Shown: positions 17,840 to 28,053 of the stretch, piece by piece
How the letters are laid out: each line of letters opens with the position of its first letter
How positions within the stretch are numbered: position 1 is the first letter of the stretch
Assembly: GCA_045595895.1 (NCBI GenBank)
Contig: JAZOBJ010000012.1
Span: forward strand, 1 to 58,812
Direction of reading: 5' to 3'
Source of the DNA: Candidatus Alloscybalousia sp.
GTDB taxonomy: Bacteria > Bacillota_I > Bacilli_A > RF39 > UBA660
Length of the DNA stretch: 58,812 nt
Program-made: the position numbers and the translations under genes
Notes under the pieces: model-generated
What the model saw: the letters and a program-made list of their open reading frames with translations, nothing else
Told to the model about the DNA's origin: nothing
Database searches by the model: none

Positions 17840-18869
17840 AAAATAGTATTAATGTAATAATAAAAATAATAAAATTTATTACTAAATACATAAAAACATC
17901 AAATGATAAAACATTACTAAGAATAATAACTAAAATCCCAATAAGAACCAAACTAATTGGTTCTTTTTTCTTGTGAATAATAGAACTAATTAATTCTTTT
18001 ATAAAATAAATACTCATAATAATGATAAATAAACTATTCAAAATATTATTAAATGATAATAAAACCTCAACTCTTTCTAAAATATTTAAAAACGAAATTT
18101 TTTTGTAAACAATCATATCTGGGAATTCATAAATATTAGCTAAATGAATTCCTAAAACAGAAATAATAATAATTAGTTGCAAGAAAAGAAAAATAATAGA
18201 TAGTACTATAAAGATTATTGGTAATTTTTTACCCTTTAAAGAAATCTCTATTTTATTTCTAGGTATTATAAGTAACAAAAATAATGGAATAACACTAGAT
18301 AAGAAATAAATGAATGAACTACCAACATGATTAGTAAAATTATTAATAAAAAGAGGTCTTAAGTTTGATAAATCGATATATTTTATAAGCCCAATTATAC
18401 TTATAAAAATAATTAAAGAATAAATATAAAAGAAAATTTCACTAATCTTACTAATAGTCCCTAATCCTTTTCTAACTACATACAAAATAGTACCCATAAT
18501 AGTAACAGTAATAGTAAATATCCCAACTTCTTTTAAAATATAATAATTAATAAAGAATATTAAAACTGATAATGAATAAATAATTGTTATTCCGATTACT
18601 ATAAATAAAATTAAGAAAAGTATTAGTTTTAACCACTTAGGAAAACTATCATTTATTACCTCAATTATATTCTTATCATTTGAACGATGAATGTAAAAAA
18701 CAATAAAACTAAAGCTAACTATAAAACAGCCACCAAAAATTATATCAATTAAACTATCGTTAAAACTAATATTAGTAATAGTATAAAACCCAACATTCAT
18801 AACAAATGAATTTAATAGAAAAAAACATAAAGTAGCATACTGCAGTGAAGTAATCTTATCTTGTTTCAT
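17808..18869 (-). CDS. Spore germination permease, GerAB/GerKB type
   Basis: This roughly 10-TM APC-like protein begins MKQDKITSLQYATL and is the last gene of the ger operon. The start is moved to ATG 18869, overlapping the C subunit. Confidence 0.8.
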   Translation of the reverse strand: MKQDKITSLQYATLCFFLLNSFVMNVGFYTITNISFNDSLIDIIFGGCFIVSFSFIVFYIHRSNDKNIIEVINDSFPKWLKLILFLILFIVIGITIIYSLSVLIFFINYYILKEVGIFTITVTIMGTILYVVRKGLGTISKISEIFFYIYSLIIFISIIGLIKYIDLSNLRPLFINNFTNHVGSSFIYFLSSVIPLFLLLIIPRNKIEISLKGKKLPIIFIVLSIIFLFLQLIIIISVLGIHLANIYEFPDMIVYKKISFLNILERVEVLLSFNNILNSLFIIIMSIYFIKELISSIIHKKKEPISLVLIGILVIILSNVLSFDVFMYLVINFIIFIITLILFFIHYLNKHNH

Positions 18870-19848
18870 TAAATTCATCCCCTTGCAAATAGTTCTCCCT
18901 TTTATTAGTATCAATTGTTATTTTAAAAGTTAATTTAGAAAGTAAATTATCTGTTTTTTGATAATAAGAATAATCTCTTTTCCTAATTCTTTCTTTTAGT
19001 TTTAAAATATCATAGTTAGCTTCCTTATATCTTTTTAAAAAATCTAATAAATCTTTTTCAGTTACATCTTTAAAATTATCATCATTCATTAAACTTACAA
19101 TAAATCTAAATGATACTTGATTTTTTTTAGTAGTAATAATTGTTTCGTTATCATAAATATTAGTCCCATTTAAATAAGTTTTATGAATATTATTATTAAG
19201 CATGTTAAGCAAAATACTATCCTTTAAAGATAAAGTATCGTAAACTTTATAATTTTTAATTAAGGTAAAACCATTTAAACTAACCTCATCCTCATATAAA
19301 ATGGAAGGTAAATAAGTATTACTATCTATCAATAACTCTTCCATAATAGTTTCAAAGTCTTTAGACTTAGTCATACCAGTTTCTTTTTCATTGATAGTTA
19401 GTAAATTATTTATATAATCAGCATTAATTTGTTTATTCATAAAATCTTCTAAATTAGAATTCTTTAGTAAAACGACATTAAAATTATTACGGTATTCATT
19501 GTTGTCTAAAAAATTATTTATAATTTCACTAAATTTATTATTGATAGCATCATCAGTTAAAACAAGTAAATCAATATGTGATAAATAAAGACGTTTATTG
19601 CTTTTTAAATAGATATTATGAAAAGCTTCATCTAAAGAATTTTCTTGACTAGAATAAGTAGTATATTGTTCCTCCAAAGCACCATCATCCATTTCTCCAT
19701 CAACTACATTAATTATAAGTTTATACTTACCATCAACATAATCAATACCAAGTGTATTAACAATACTAAGTTCACTAAGTTCAGTATATGAATAACAACC
19801 AGTTGTACATAATATTAATCCAACTAAAATAATAAATTTTTTAATCAT
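18856..19848 (-). CDS. Ger(x)C family spore germination lipoprotein
   Basis: It has the lipobox LILCTTGC, the right size, and a position within the ger operon. Confidence 0.85.
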   Translation of the reverse strand: MIKKFIILVGLILCTTGCYSYTELSELSIVNTLGIDYVDGKYKLIINVVDGEMDDGALEEQYTTYSSQENSLDEAFHNIYLKSNKRLYLSHIDLLVLTDDAINNKFSEIINNFLDNNEYRNNFNVVLLKNSNLEDFMNKQINADYINNLLTINEKETGMTKSKDFETIMEELLIDSNTYLPSILYEDEVSLNGFTLIKNYKVYDTLSLKDSILLNMLNNNIHKTYLNGTNIYDNETIITTKKNQVSFRFIVSLMNDDNFKDVTEKDLLDFLKRYKEANYDILKLKERIRKRDYSYYQKTDNLLSKLTFKITIDTNKRENYLQGDEFNETR

Positions 19849-19849
19849 A

Positions 19850-21274
19850 TTATCTTCCTCGTATTTTATTTTTAGTAGAAAGTAGGGGATTTCTTTTTTT
19901 TACTTTATTACCAGTATTTATTCTTAAAATAGCATCAGTCTGTTCTGATTTAATAAAAGGCGAAAAAGGAGCTAGATAGGGTTTATTAAAAGATTTGATA
20001 CTAGCAAGTTTAGTAATAAGTAAAATAAGTCCTAAAAAGATTCCGTAAATCCCGAGAGTAGCAGCTAAAATCATTAAAAAAATTCTCCAAAATCTAATAG
20101 CAGACGTTAGTTCAATTGATGTAAAAACTAAACCTGATATTGCACTAATCGCAACTACTATTATCATAATAGGAGAAATTATTCCCGCCTGTACAGCAGC
20201 ATCTCCTAAAACTAAACCACCAAGTATTGAAACAGCTGTACCCATAGTAGAAGCCATCCTCATATCGCTTTCCCTTAGTATTTCAAAAGATATAGCCATA
20301 ATTAAACCCTCAACCAAAGCAGGGAAGGGAACAGTAGAACGTTGCATTAAAAAATTAAGAAGTAAATCAGTTGTTACAGAATCATGATTATGAGTAGTAA
20401 TAGCTATATAATAAGCTGGTATAAAAATTGCTATTAGAAAAGCTAAAACTCTAATAATTCTTATAAATGAAATATTAATTGTTTTTTGATAATAGTCATC
20501 TGGTGTATGAAATAAATCTATAAAGAAACAAGGCATAATTAAAACATAAGGACTATTATCTACAACCACACAACATTTACCCTCCAAGAGTGCCATACAA
20601 ACTAAATCCGGTCTCTCAGTAGTTATAATGGTAGGAAAAATACTGTTGTTATCTACTAGATATTTCTTTAGGTAACCACTATCAATAATACCATCAATAT
20701 TAATTTTATTTAATTTAGAACTAACTTCTTTAACCAAAGATTCTTGACAAATGTTTTTCATATATAAAACACTAACCTTAGTTTGTGTTAGTTTACCAAT
20801 CATAACATCATCATGCCATAAATTTTCACTTTTGATTCTTCTTCTGATTAATCCCAAATTTTTATTAAAATTTTCAGTAAAACTATCTTTAGGACCACGA
20901 ACTGATAACTCACTGTCAACAGTACCAATACCTCTATCTAAACTAGCTCTAGTTTCAAGAGCAAAAACTTCTTTATCATTAATATAAATTATTGTATAAC
21001 CATTCCATAATTTAGTTAGAAAATCACTATAATTATTAACTGAAGATCTATTATGACCAGGTAAATTATTATATAAATATGAAAATAAATCATTGTTTTT
21101 AAATAAATCTTGTTCAATAATTTGACTAATATTTCTAAGTAAAATTCCTGTAATATTTTCACTACTAGTTAAAACTTCAGAATAAACAACAGTAATTACT
21201 TTATTATTAATCTTAATATCTTTATAAACAATATCACTAGCATTATTAGTATCAATCTTTAACTTTTCAATCAT
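19850..21274 (-). CDS. Spore germination protein, GerAA/GerKA family
   Basis: A soluble N-terminal domain (FPTIITTERPD, PYVLIMP) is followed by a C-terminal membrane domain. The start is moved to ATG 21274, behind GGAGG. Confidence 0.9.
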   Translation of the reverse strand: MIEKLKIDTNNASDIVYKDIKINNKVITVVYSEVLTSSENITGILLRNISQIIEQDLFKNNDLFSYLYNNLPGHNRSSVNNYSDFLTKLWNGYTIIYINDKEVFALETRASLDRGIGTVDSELSVRGPKDSFTENFNKNLGLIRRRIKSENLWHDDVMIGKLTQTKVSVLYMKNICQESLVKEVSSKLNKINIDGIIDSGYLKKYLVDNNSIFPTIITTERPDLVCMALLEGKCCVVVDNSPYVLIMPCFFIDLFHTPDDYYQKTINISFIRIIRVLAFLIAIFIPAYYIAITTHNHDSVTTDLLLNFLMQRSTVPFPALVEGLIMAISFEILRESDMRMASTMGTAVSILGGLVLGDAAVQAGIISPIMIIVVAISAISGLVFTSIELTSAIRFWRIFLMILAATLGIYGIFLGLILLITKLASIKSFNKPYLAPFSPFIKSEQTDAILRINTGNKVKKRNPLLSTKNKIRGR

Positions 21275-21383
21275 ATAAACCTCCATATAATTATTATGGA
21301 AAAAAATAACATATTCATACTAAATAACTTTGACTAAAACACTAAAATAAGTTATCATATTAATAGAATAGTAGGTGACTAAT

Positions 21384-21839
21384 ATGAAAAACAAAAAGGG
21401 ATTTACACTAATAGAATTATTGGGTGTAATAATTCTATTAGGTATTATAATAACAATAGCTGTAATCTCTTACTCATCTAGTTTGAATAAAACAAAAATA
21501 AAAGCATTTCAGTTAGAAGAAGGAAATTTTGTTGATGCAACAAAATCCGCTTATGTTGATTGTTTAGGTAATAATCCAACTAACAATTTCTGTGAATTGC
21601 ACCAACAGTTAGATGACAAAAATACATATGATTTTGTATATTTAAAAGAACTAATTGATGATAATTATATTGGGAAAATTAAAAATCCATATGATACAGA
21701 GCAGTTTTGTGATTTTGAAAATTCATATGTATATGTAAGTAGAAAAAATAGTAGTAACGCAAATAATGCAGATATTGTATATAAAGTATGTTTAATTTGT
21801 GGCGATAAAAAAAGTGAAAATTGTTTAAATGAAGATTAG
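21384..21839 (+). CDS. Type IV pilin / pseudopilin (prepilin-type N-terminal methylation motif)
   Basis: The leader is MKNKKG|FTLIELLGVIILLGII, with Glu at position +5. The C-terminus has four Cys including CLICGDKKSENC. A TTGACT-17-TATCAT promoter and an AGGTGA RBS lie upstream. Confidence 0.85.
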   Translation: MKNKKGFTLIELLGVIILLGIIITIAVISYSSSLNKTKIKAFQLEEGNFVDATKSAYVDCLGNNPTNNFCELHQQLDDKNTYDFVYLKELIDDNYIGKIKNPYDTEQFCDFENSYVYVSRKNSSNANNADIVYKVCLICGDKKSENCLNED

Positions 21840-21984
21840 AATAAACGTAGAACCAAGTATTCTAGCTTCGATAACTTCACTAAAAGAATTAATTAAATGT
21901 TTTGTGTCAAGAAAAGTAGAAATACTTTTCTTTCTGTTTTGTCAAAAGAGAAAATTAAGATATAATTAACATGTAGGTGGTAGG

Positions 21985-23235
21985 ATGAAAGAATTATTAA
22001 AAGTGAATAATGAATACGAAGTAACAATCTTAAAACAAGAACATTTCGGTAGAGGAATAACTAAAATAAACGATATGTTTGTGTTTATAGAAAATGCACT
22101 AGAAAACGATGTGTGTAAAATCATAATAACTGATGTAAAGAAAAACTTTGCTGTAGCTAAAATTAAAGAAATAATAAAACCATCAGCTAATAGAGTAATA
22201 CCAAAATGTCCTTATTATAATATTTGTGGTGGATGTCATATTATGCACGAAAACTATGAGAAACAATTAGAATTTAAAGAACAAAAAGTAAAAGAATTAT
22301 TAGAAAGATTCACTGGAATAAATGATATTAACTTTTATCCAATCGTTTACAACCAACAATTCAACTATCGAAACAAAATAATACTGCATGGAAATAATAA
22401 TCAACTGGGTTTTTATAAAGAAAAAACCCATGATATAGTGCCAATTAATGAATGTATAATCACAAACACAAAAATAAACAACATCTATAAAAATATACAA
22501 AATTATTTACAAGAAAATAAAAATAATTATGTTAAAAATATAATGTTTAGAACTACATCACTAAATGAAACAATGATAGTATTAGAAGGAAATATAGAAG
22601 AAGATAAAATAATACAGATTTTAAACAATGTAGATACAATATATTTAAATAATAAATTAATTAAAGGTAATCCATATATAGTAGAGAATATTTTTGATAT
22701 TAAATTTTATATATACCCAACATCATTCTTTCAGGTTAACTATGAAATGATGAAAGTTATGTATAAACTAGTAATGGATTTTCATAAGGATAAAAATTAT
22801 CATAAAGTATTAGATTTATATTGTGGAACAGGTACGATAGGTATGTTGGTTTCAAAATATGTAGAGGAAGTAGTAGGAGTTGAATTAGAAAAAAGTAGCA
22901 TTGATTCAGCTAATCTATGCAAAGAATTAAATAACATAGAAAATATAAAATTTATTCAAGGTAGAGTAGAAGATAATATTGATTTTTTCAAAGAAATTGA
23001 TTCTATAATAGTAGATCCACCAAGAAGTGGATTGGATAAACATACTATAGAAACAATACTGAAACTTTCCCCAAAAACTATTTCTTACATATCTTGTGAT
23101 CCAGCAACCTTAGCTAGAGATTTAAAAATGTTATTAACAGATTATAATGTATTAGAAGTCCACCCAATAGATATGTTTCCTAATACATATCACGTTGAAA
23201 ATGTTGTATTTTTAGAAAAAAATAAAATTCAATAA
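21985..23235 (+). CDS. 23S rRNA (uracil-C5)-methyltransferase, RlmD/RumA family
   Basis: It has a TRAM-like N-terminus, the Fe-S cluster motif CPYYNICGGCHIMH, the SAM motif VLDLYCGTGTIG and the catalytic ISCDPATLARD. Confidence 0.85.
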   Translation: MKELLKVNNEYEVTILKQEHFGRGITKINDMFVFIENALENDVCKIIITDVKKNFAVAKIKEIIKPSANRVIPKCPYYNICGGCHIMHENYEKQLEFKEQKVKELLERFTGINDINFYPIVYNQQFNYRNKIILHGNNNQLGFYKEKTHDIVPINECIITNTKINNIYKNIQNYLQENKNNYVKNIMFRTTSLNETMIVLEGNIEEDKIIQILNNVDTIYLNNKLIKGNPYIVENIFDIKFYIYPTSFFQVNYEMMKVMYKLVMDFHKDKNYHKVLDLYCGTGTIGMLVSKYVEEVVGVELEKSSIDSANLCKELNNIENIKFIQGRVEDNIDFFKEIDSIIVDPPRSGLDKHTIETILKLSPKTISYISCDPATLARDLKMLLTDYNVLEVHPIDMFPNTYHVENVVFLEKNKIQ

Positions 23236-23364
23236 TTATACCGTTATAATAAATAAAAATTATTATTGAACCAAAATCAAAAAGTGTCAAAAAATAAAAA
23301 ATGACATTTTTTTGGTTTATTAAAAAAATATAGTGGTAGAATATATATATAAGAGGTAATAATT

Positions 23365-24891
23365 ATGAAAGAAGTAGAAAATAAAAAAAATATCAAACCA
23401 ATTGAAAAACCAGTAGGTCCAAATCTTGAAGAAATGGATTTTGGTTTTATAAAAAAATTGGACAACCCTAAAACATTAAAGGAAGCAAAGAAAACTAATA
23501 ATATAATTTCAATAGTAGTATTAATACTATTAATAGCTTTATTCATATCTTTACACCTACTAACACCTAAGATAACATTAATAGGTAAAAGTGAAATAGA
23601 AATACCATATAATGGTAACTATATAGAAGAAGGAGCTAAGGCGAAATTTTTCAAAGATGATATATCATCTAAAATAAAAATAACTAATAACATTGATACA
23701 TCAAAAATAGGAACATATGAAGTTGTATATAAGATTAAACATAATAATTATGAAATAGAAAAAATAAGAACAGTTAAAGTAATAGATAAAATTTCCCCAA
23801 TTATTACTCTTAAAGGTGAAACAGAAGTAAAAATATGTCCAAGTACTAAGTTTAAAGAAATTGGTTTTGAAGCGATAGATGAGTATGATGGTGATATCAC
23901 TGATGAAGTAAAAGTTGAAGTAAAAAAAGATGCTGTAATTTATAAAGTCGAAGACAAATCAGGTAACAGTTTTGAAACAACTAGAAGTATTAAAGAGATA
24001 GATGATGAAAAACCAACTATAGATTTAAAAGGTAATAAAACAATGTACCTAAACTTAACGGAAAACTTCACTGAACCTGGTTATATTGCTAGTGATAACT
24101 GTAGTGGTGATTTAACGAATAAAGTTGTTGTAACAGGAGAAGTAAAAAATCATCAAAAAGGAACTTATACATTAAAATATCAAGTATCAGATGTTAAAGG
24201 TAATAAAACTACAGTTGAAAGAAAAATAATTATTTCTGAAAAAGTAGACCCTAATAGTGGTGTTACTAAAAAAGGAGCTATTTATTTAACTTTTGATGAT
24301 GGACCAAGTAGTGTAACTACTGGAGCTATTTTAGATATTTTAAAAGAAGAAGGAGTAAAAGCTACATTCTTTGTAACAAACAGTGGACCAGATTATCTAA
24401 TAAAAAGAATTTATGATGAAGGACATACTCTAGCACTACATACAGCTAGTCATAATTACGCAAAAGTTTATTCATCGGTTGATAATTATTTTAAAGATTT
24501 GAAGCTAGTAAGTGATAGAGTAGAAAGATTAACTGGTCATACTAGTAAAATAGTGCGTTTTCCAGGAGGAAGTAGTAATACTGTAAGCAGAAGATATTCT
24601 AGAGGAATTATGACTACACTTTCTCAGGAACTATTTAGTAGAGGATACCGTTATTACGATTGGAATGTTGATTCACATGATGCTTCTAACGCTAAAACTA
24701 AACAAGCAGTTTACAATAATGTAACTAGAAATCTATCTAAGAGTAGAGCCAACATGGTCTTAATGCATGATATTAAAGTTCCAACTAGAGATGCACTTAG
24801 AGATATAATCAGATATGGTAAGAATAATGGATATACATTTGAAAGAATTGATATGGATACTTACATGATTAGACAAAAAATAGCTAATTAA
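23365..24891 (+). CDS. Membrane-anchored polysaccharide deacetylase (three Ig-like repeats plus a NodB domain)
   Basis: A TM anchor is followed by repeats starting ITLIGKSEIEI, ITLKGETEVKI and IDLKGNKTMYL (DUF5011-like). The NodB motifs IYLTFDDGPS, LHTASH and MVLMHD are present. Confidence 0.85.
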   Translation: MKEVENKKNIKPIEKPVGPNLEEMDFGFIKKLDNPKTLKEAKKTNNIISIVVLILLIALFISLHLLTPKITLIGKSEIEIPYNGNYIEEGAKAKFFKDDISSKIKITNNIDTSKIGTYEVVYKIKHNNYEIEKIRTVKVIDKISPIITLKGETEVKICPSTKFKEIGFEAIDEYDGDITDEVKVEVKKDAVIYKVEDKSGNSFETTRSIKEIDDEKPTIDLKGNKTMYLNLTENFTEPGYIASDNCSGDLTNKVVVTGEVKNHQKGTYTLKYQVSDVKGNKTTVERKIIISEKVDPNSGVTKKGAIYLTFDDGPSSVTTGAILDILKEEGVKATFFVTNSGPDYLIKRIYDEGHTLALHTASHNYAKVYSSVDNYFKDLKLVSDRVERLTGHTSKIVRFPGGSSNTVSRRYSRGIMTTLSQELFSRGYRYYDWNVDSHDASNAKTKQAVYNNVTRNLSKSRANMVLMHDIKVPTRDALRDIIRYGKNNGYTFERIDMDTYMIRQKIAN

Positions 24892-24958
24892 AAGAAAAGA
24901 AATACTCTTTTCTTTTACTTTGCTTTAATTTTTAAGTATAATGTTAGTAGGTGATTAC

Positions 24959-25474
24959 ATGAAATTTTATCCAAAAATGTATAAAAAAAGTATTAAAGAT
25001 ATTAATTATAAAAAACTAAAAGAAATAGGTATTAAATGTTTAATTTTTGATTTAGATAATACAATAGCTTTAATAGATCAACAATTAATAACAGAAGATA
25101 CAAAAAAAATACTAACAGACTTAAAGAAAAGTTTTAAAATAGTTATTATTTCCAATAACATAACTAAACGTGTAAAAAAATATGCTGACTATTTGAAATG
25201 TGATTTTGTAGCTAATGCAGCTAAACCACTAATAACAGGATATAAAAAAATAAAGAAAAAATATAATTTAAACAATAATGAAATGTGTATGATTGGTGAC
25301 CAATTAGTCACAGATATCTATGGGGGAAATAGATTTGGAATGTTTACCATATTGGTTGACCCTCTTGGAGAAAAAGATTTAAAAATTACTAGTTTAAATC
25401 GTTTTATTGAAAGAAAAATATTAAAAAAGTATGAAGAAAAAGATATTATGAAAAAAGGTGTATATTATGAGTAA
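24959..25474 (+). CDS. yqeG: YqeG family HAD-IIIA phosphatase
   Basis: HAD motifs LIFDLDNT, ISNN and MIGDQLVTDI are present, and the gene sits directly upstream of yqeH as in Bacillus. The start is moved to ATG 24959. Confidence 0.8.
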   Translation: MKFYPKMYKKSIKDINYKKLKEIGIKCLIFDLDNTIALIDQQLITEDTKKILTDLKKSFKIVIISNNITKRVKKYADYLKCDFVANAAKPLITGYKKIKKKYNLNNNEMCMIGDQLVTDIYGGNRFGMFTILVDPLGEKDLKITSLNRFIERKILKKYEEKDIMKKGVYYE

Positions 25475-26474
25475 AAAGAAATATTGTTTAGGATGTGGTG
25501 TTTTACTACAAAATGAAAATATCCTAGGTGAGGGTTACGTTAGTAGTTTAGAAAATGATATTTGTCAAAGATGTTTTAGAATGAAAAATTATGGTGAATA
25601 CCAAGTAGCAGCTAAATCAAATGAAGAATATATAGAAATATTAAAACAAGTTGGAAAAACTAAAGACTTAGTACTTCATATTGTAGATTTATTAAATATT
25701 GATAAAGATATTCATACCATAAGAGAATATATTCCTAATAAAATGTTATTAGTATTAAATAAAAGAGATGCTCTTCCTAAAAGTGTAAAAGAAGAAAAAA
25801 TGATTGAATATCTAAAAACACTTGATATTAATTATGAAGATATTATCGTAATTAGTGCTAATAAAAATTATAATATTGACCTTTTAATGCAAAAAATAAA
25901 AAAACATAAAACTTCTAATAAAGTATATGTGGTAGGTCATACTAACACAGGTAAGAGTAGTTTAATCAATAAGTTAATAAAAGATTATTCTGAAAACGAT
26001 AATGAACTTACTATCTCCCCAATGCCAAGTACTACTTTAAATACAGTAACTATAAAATTAAATAATAATTTAACTTTAATAGATACACCAGGTTTAGTAG
26101 ATAGGGGAAATATTGCTAACTATGTAGATAGTAATATGTTGAAAAAACTAATTCATAAAAAAGAGATGAAACCAAAAACATTCCAAATTAAAAAAGGTCA
26201 ATGCCTAGTAATTGATAAAGTCTGTAGAGTTGATTATGTTGAAGGTGATAGAAATAGTTTTACTCTATATATTCCAAATGGACTAAAAGTAAAGAAAATG
26301 AATGCTAACCGTCAGACTATTATGAAAGATTTATCTAAAACTACATATGAAATGAAATATCGTGAAGATTTAGTAATTAATGGTTTAGGATGGGTAAAGG
26401 TAGTAGAAAAATGTATAGTAGATATTTATATTGATAAAAATATTGAAACATTTACAAGAAGAAATTTTATTTAA
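25467..26474 (+). CDS. yqeH: Ribosome biogenesis GTPase YqeH
   Basis: A zinc ribbon (CLGCG...CQRC) precedes the circularly permuted G motifs LNKRD, SANK, GHTNTGKSSLIN and DTPG. Confidence 0.88.
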   Translation: MSKKKYCLGCGVLLQNENILGEGYVSSLENDICQRCFRMKNYGEYQVAAKSNEEYIEILKQVGKTKDLVLHIVDLLNIDKDIHTIREYIPNKMLLVLNKRDALPKSVKEEKMIEYLKTLDINYEDIIVISANKNYNIDLLMQKIKKHKTSNKVYVVGHTNTGKSSLINKLIKDYSENDNELTISPMPSTTLNTVTIKLNNNLTLIDTPGLVDRGNIANYVDSNMLKKLIHKKEMKPKTFQIKKGQCLVIDKVCRVDYVEGDRNSFTLYIPNGLKVKKMNANRQTIMKDLSKTTYEMKYREDLVINGLGWVKVVEKCIVDIYIDKNIETFTRRNFI

Positions 26475-26501
26475 AAAGTAACTATACTAGAAGGAGGTTG
26501 C

Positions 26502-27347
26502 ATGAAAAAAGAGTATAACATAACTTTTGATAGTTATATGGAAGTAGCTGAACCAGAAAATACATATGGCTATATGAAACAGTCATATTGGGCTTTAGCT
26601 ATAGGACTACAACAAGTAGATAATCTAACCCCTTCTAAGTATATGAAGAATCTCATAAATGAGAGTATAAATGAAAACTTAGATAATCAAACATTAGAAA
26701 AAATGATTCAAAAGTACTATGAATCACAGGATATAGAAAAAAGTAATATTCTAGAAGAAAAAGAATGTGATTTAGTAAGTATTAGAATTGTAGAACTCCT
26801 AGAAAATGATAACTTCGAACTATCAATAGATTTCATAAAAGAAATCCATAAATACTTATTCAAAGATGTTTACGAATTTAATGGTAAATTTAGACAAGTT
26901 GATATTACTAAAAATGAATATATATTAAATGGTAATACAGTTAATTATAGTAGTTATGAAACTATTGAAAAATCTTTAGAGTATGATATAGAAATAGAAA
27001 AAACCAAAGAATATAGTAATATGAGTATAGTAGAAGTTATAAATAATATTTCTACTTTCACTTCTAATATATGGCAGGTGCATCCTTTTAGAGAAGGTAA
27101 TACTAGAACGACAGCTGTATTTATTATAAAGTATTTAAAGCATCTAGGCTATAGTGTTAATAATCACTTATTTAAAGAAAATTCTATTTATTTTAGAAAC
27201 TCTTTAGTAAGAAGTAATTATTTCAATAATGAATTAAATGTAAAAGAAGATAATACATATCTAATTAAATTCTATGAAAACTTATTATTAAATAATAATA
27301 ATAACCTACAATCAAGAGATATCATGGTTGATAAATTATTTGATTGA
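26502..27347 (+). CDS. Fic/Fido domain protein
   Basis: The Fic core is HPFREGNTRTTA. The canonical form is HxFx(D/E)GNGRxxR; here GNGR is GNTR and the final Arg is absent. Confidence 0.8.
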   Translation: MKKEYNITFDSYMEVAEPENTYGYMKQSYWALAIGLQQVDNLTPSKYMKNLINESINENLDNQTLEKMIQKYYESQDIEKSNILEEKECDLVSIRIVELLENDNFELSIDFIKEIHKYLFKDVYEFNGKFRQVDITKNEYILNGNTVNYSSYETIEKSLEYDIEIEKTKEYSNMSIVEVINNISTFTSNIWQVHPFREGNTRTTAVFIIKYLKHLGYSVNNHLFKENSIYFRNSLVRSNYFNNELNVKEDNTYLIKFYENLLLNNNNNLQSRDIMVDKLFD

Positions 27348-27448
27348 TAAATGAAAAAAGTCAACTGCACGATATTTTCGTGTGGTTGAAAACAATAGTA
27401 GCTATAAGAACATGACAAATCGTAGTCATTTGAAAACAAAAAGAGTCT

Positions 27449-27973
27449 TTATTTAAAGACTCTTTCATACGTTTCATGTTGAGGATCCCAGAATATAAAA
27501 CTTTCAATTGGACGATAGGTTAAATAACCTCCAATTATAAAGATTATAGAAATCAATACAACACTAATAATATCAATGCTTCTATAATCTTTCTTTGTTA
27601 AGAATGAAGACCCCATAAATTGACCAAACACAATCGCTACAAACAATAGTATAAATGTGAATATCATAGACTCACCAAATCTTAAATAAACAGGGATGTA
27701 AATTATTAAGAAGAATGCAATACAACTAACACTACTTATGAGATTGACTAAGAAAACATTCTCAAAATGTAATTTCCTCCTTACTATGAATAATATAAAA
27801 TAAAAAATAAAGAAACAAGTGAAAATCATTTTCATATGCTGAAAAATACTTTCATTTGTATTAAAAAATACTGCTATGATATCATTCTGGAAGATATCAA
27901 ACACGAAATGCGCTAAAAATGTTAAAACATAGATGATAATACTACTAATCAAAATATATTTAAAATTTTTCAT
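27449..27973 (-). CDS. Integral membrane protein (5-6 TM helices; possibly DUF6512-like)
   Basis: The profile is hydrophobic and includes the motif NESIFQHMKM. It shares the hairpin AAAGAGTCTTTatttAAAGACTCTTT with the convergent fic gene. Confidence 0.45.
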   Translation of the reverse strand: MKNFKYILISSIIIYVLTFLAHFVFDIFQNDIIAVFFNTNESIFQHMKMIFTCFFIFYFILFIVRRKLHFENVFLVNLISSVSCIAFFLIIYIPVYLRFGESMIFTFILLFVAIVFGQFMGSSFLTKKDYRSIDIISVVLISIIFIIGGYLTYRPIESFIFWDPQHETYERVFK

Positions 27974-28053
27974 AAATCTAATTTATCACTAATTTTAGGT
28001 AGGTTTTGTCGAAAAATAGTGATATAATAAAAATTGTTTAAGGAGGTAATACT

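Noticed and set aside
20751-23546. Track ORFs 20751..20987(+), 22300..22500(-) and 23277..23546(-).
   Set aside because: They lie inside or antisense to gerAA, the rRNA methyltransferase gene and the start of the deacetylase gene. All three hosts have strong family motifs, and the overlapping frames lack RBSs.
27348-27400. A hairpin CAACTGCACGA-tatttt-CGTGTGGTTG and a 12-codon ORF (MKKVNCTIFSCG) just after the fic stop, considered as a possible antitoxin, leader peptide or ncRNA.
   Set aside because: There is no RBS, the ORF is too short, and the hairpin has G-U pairs and no T-run. The evidence is insufficient, so it is mentioned only in the Fic finding.
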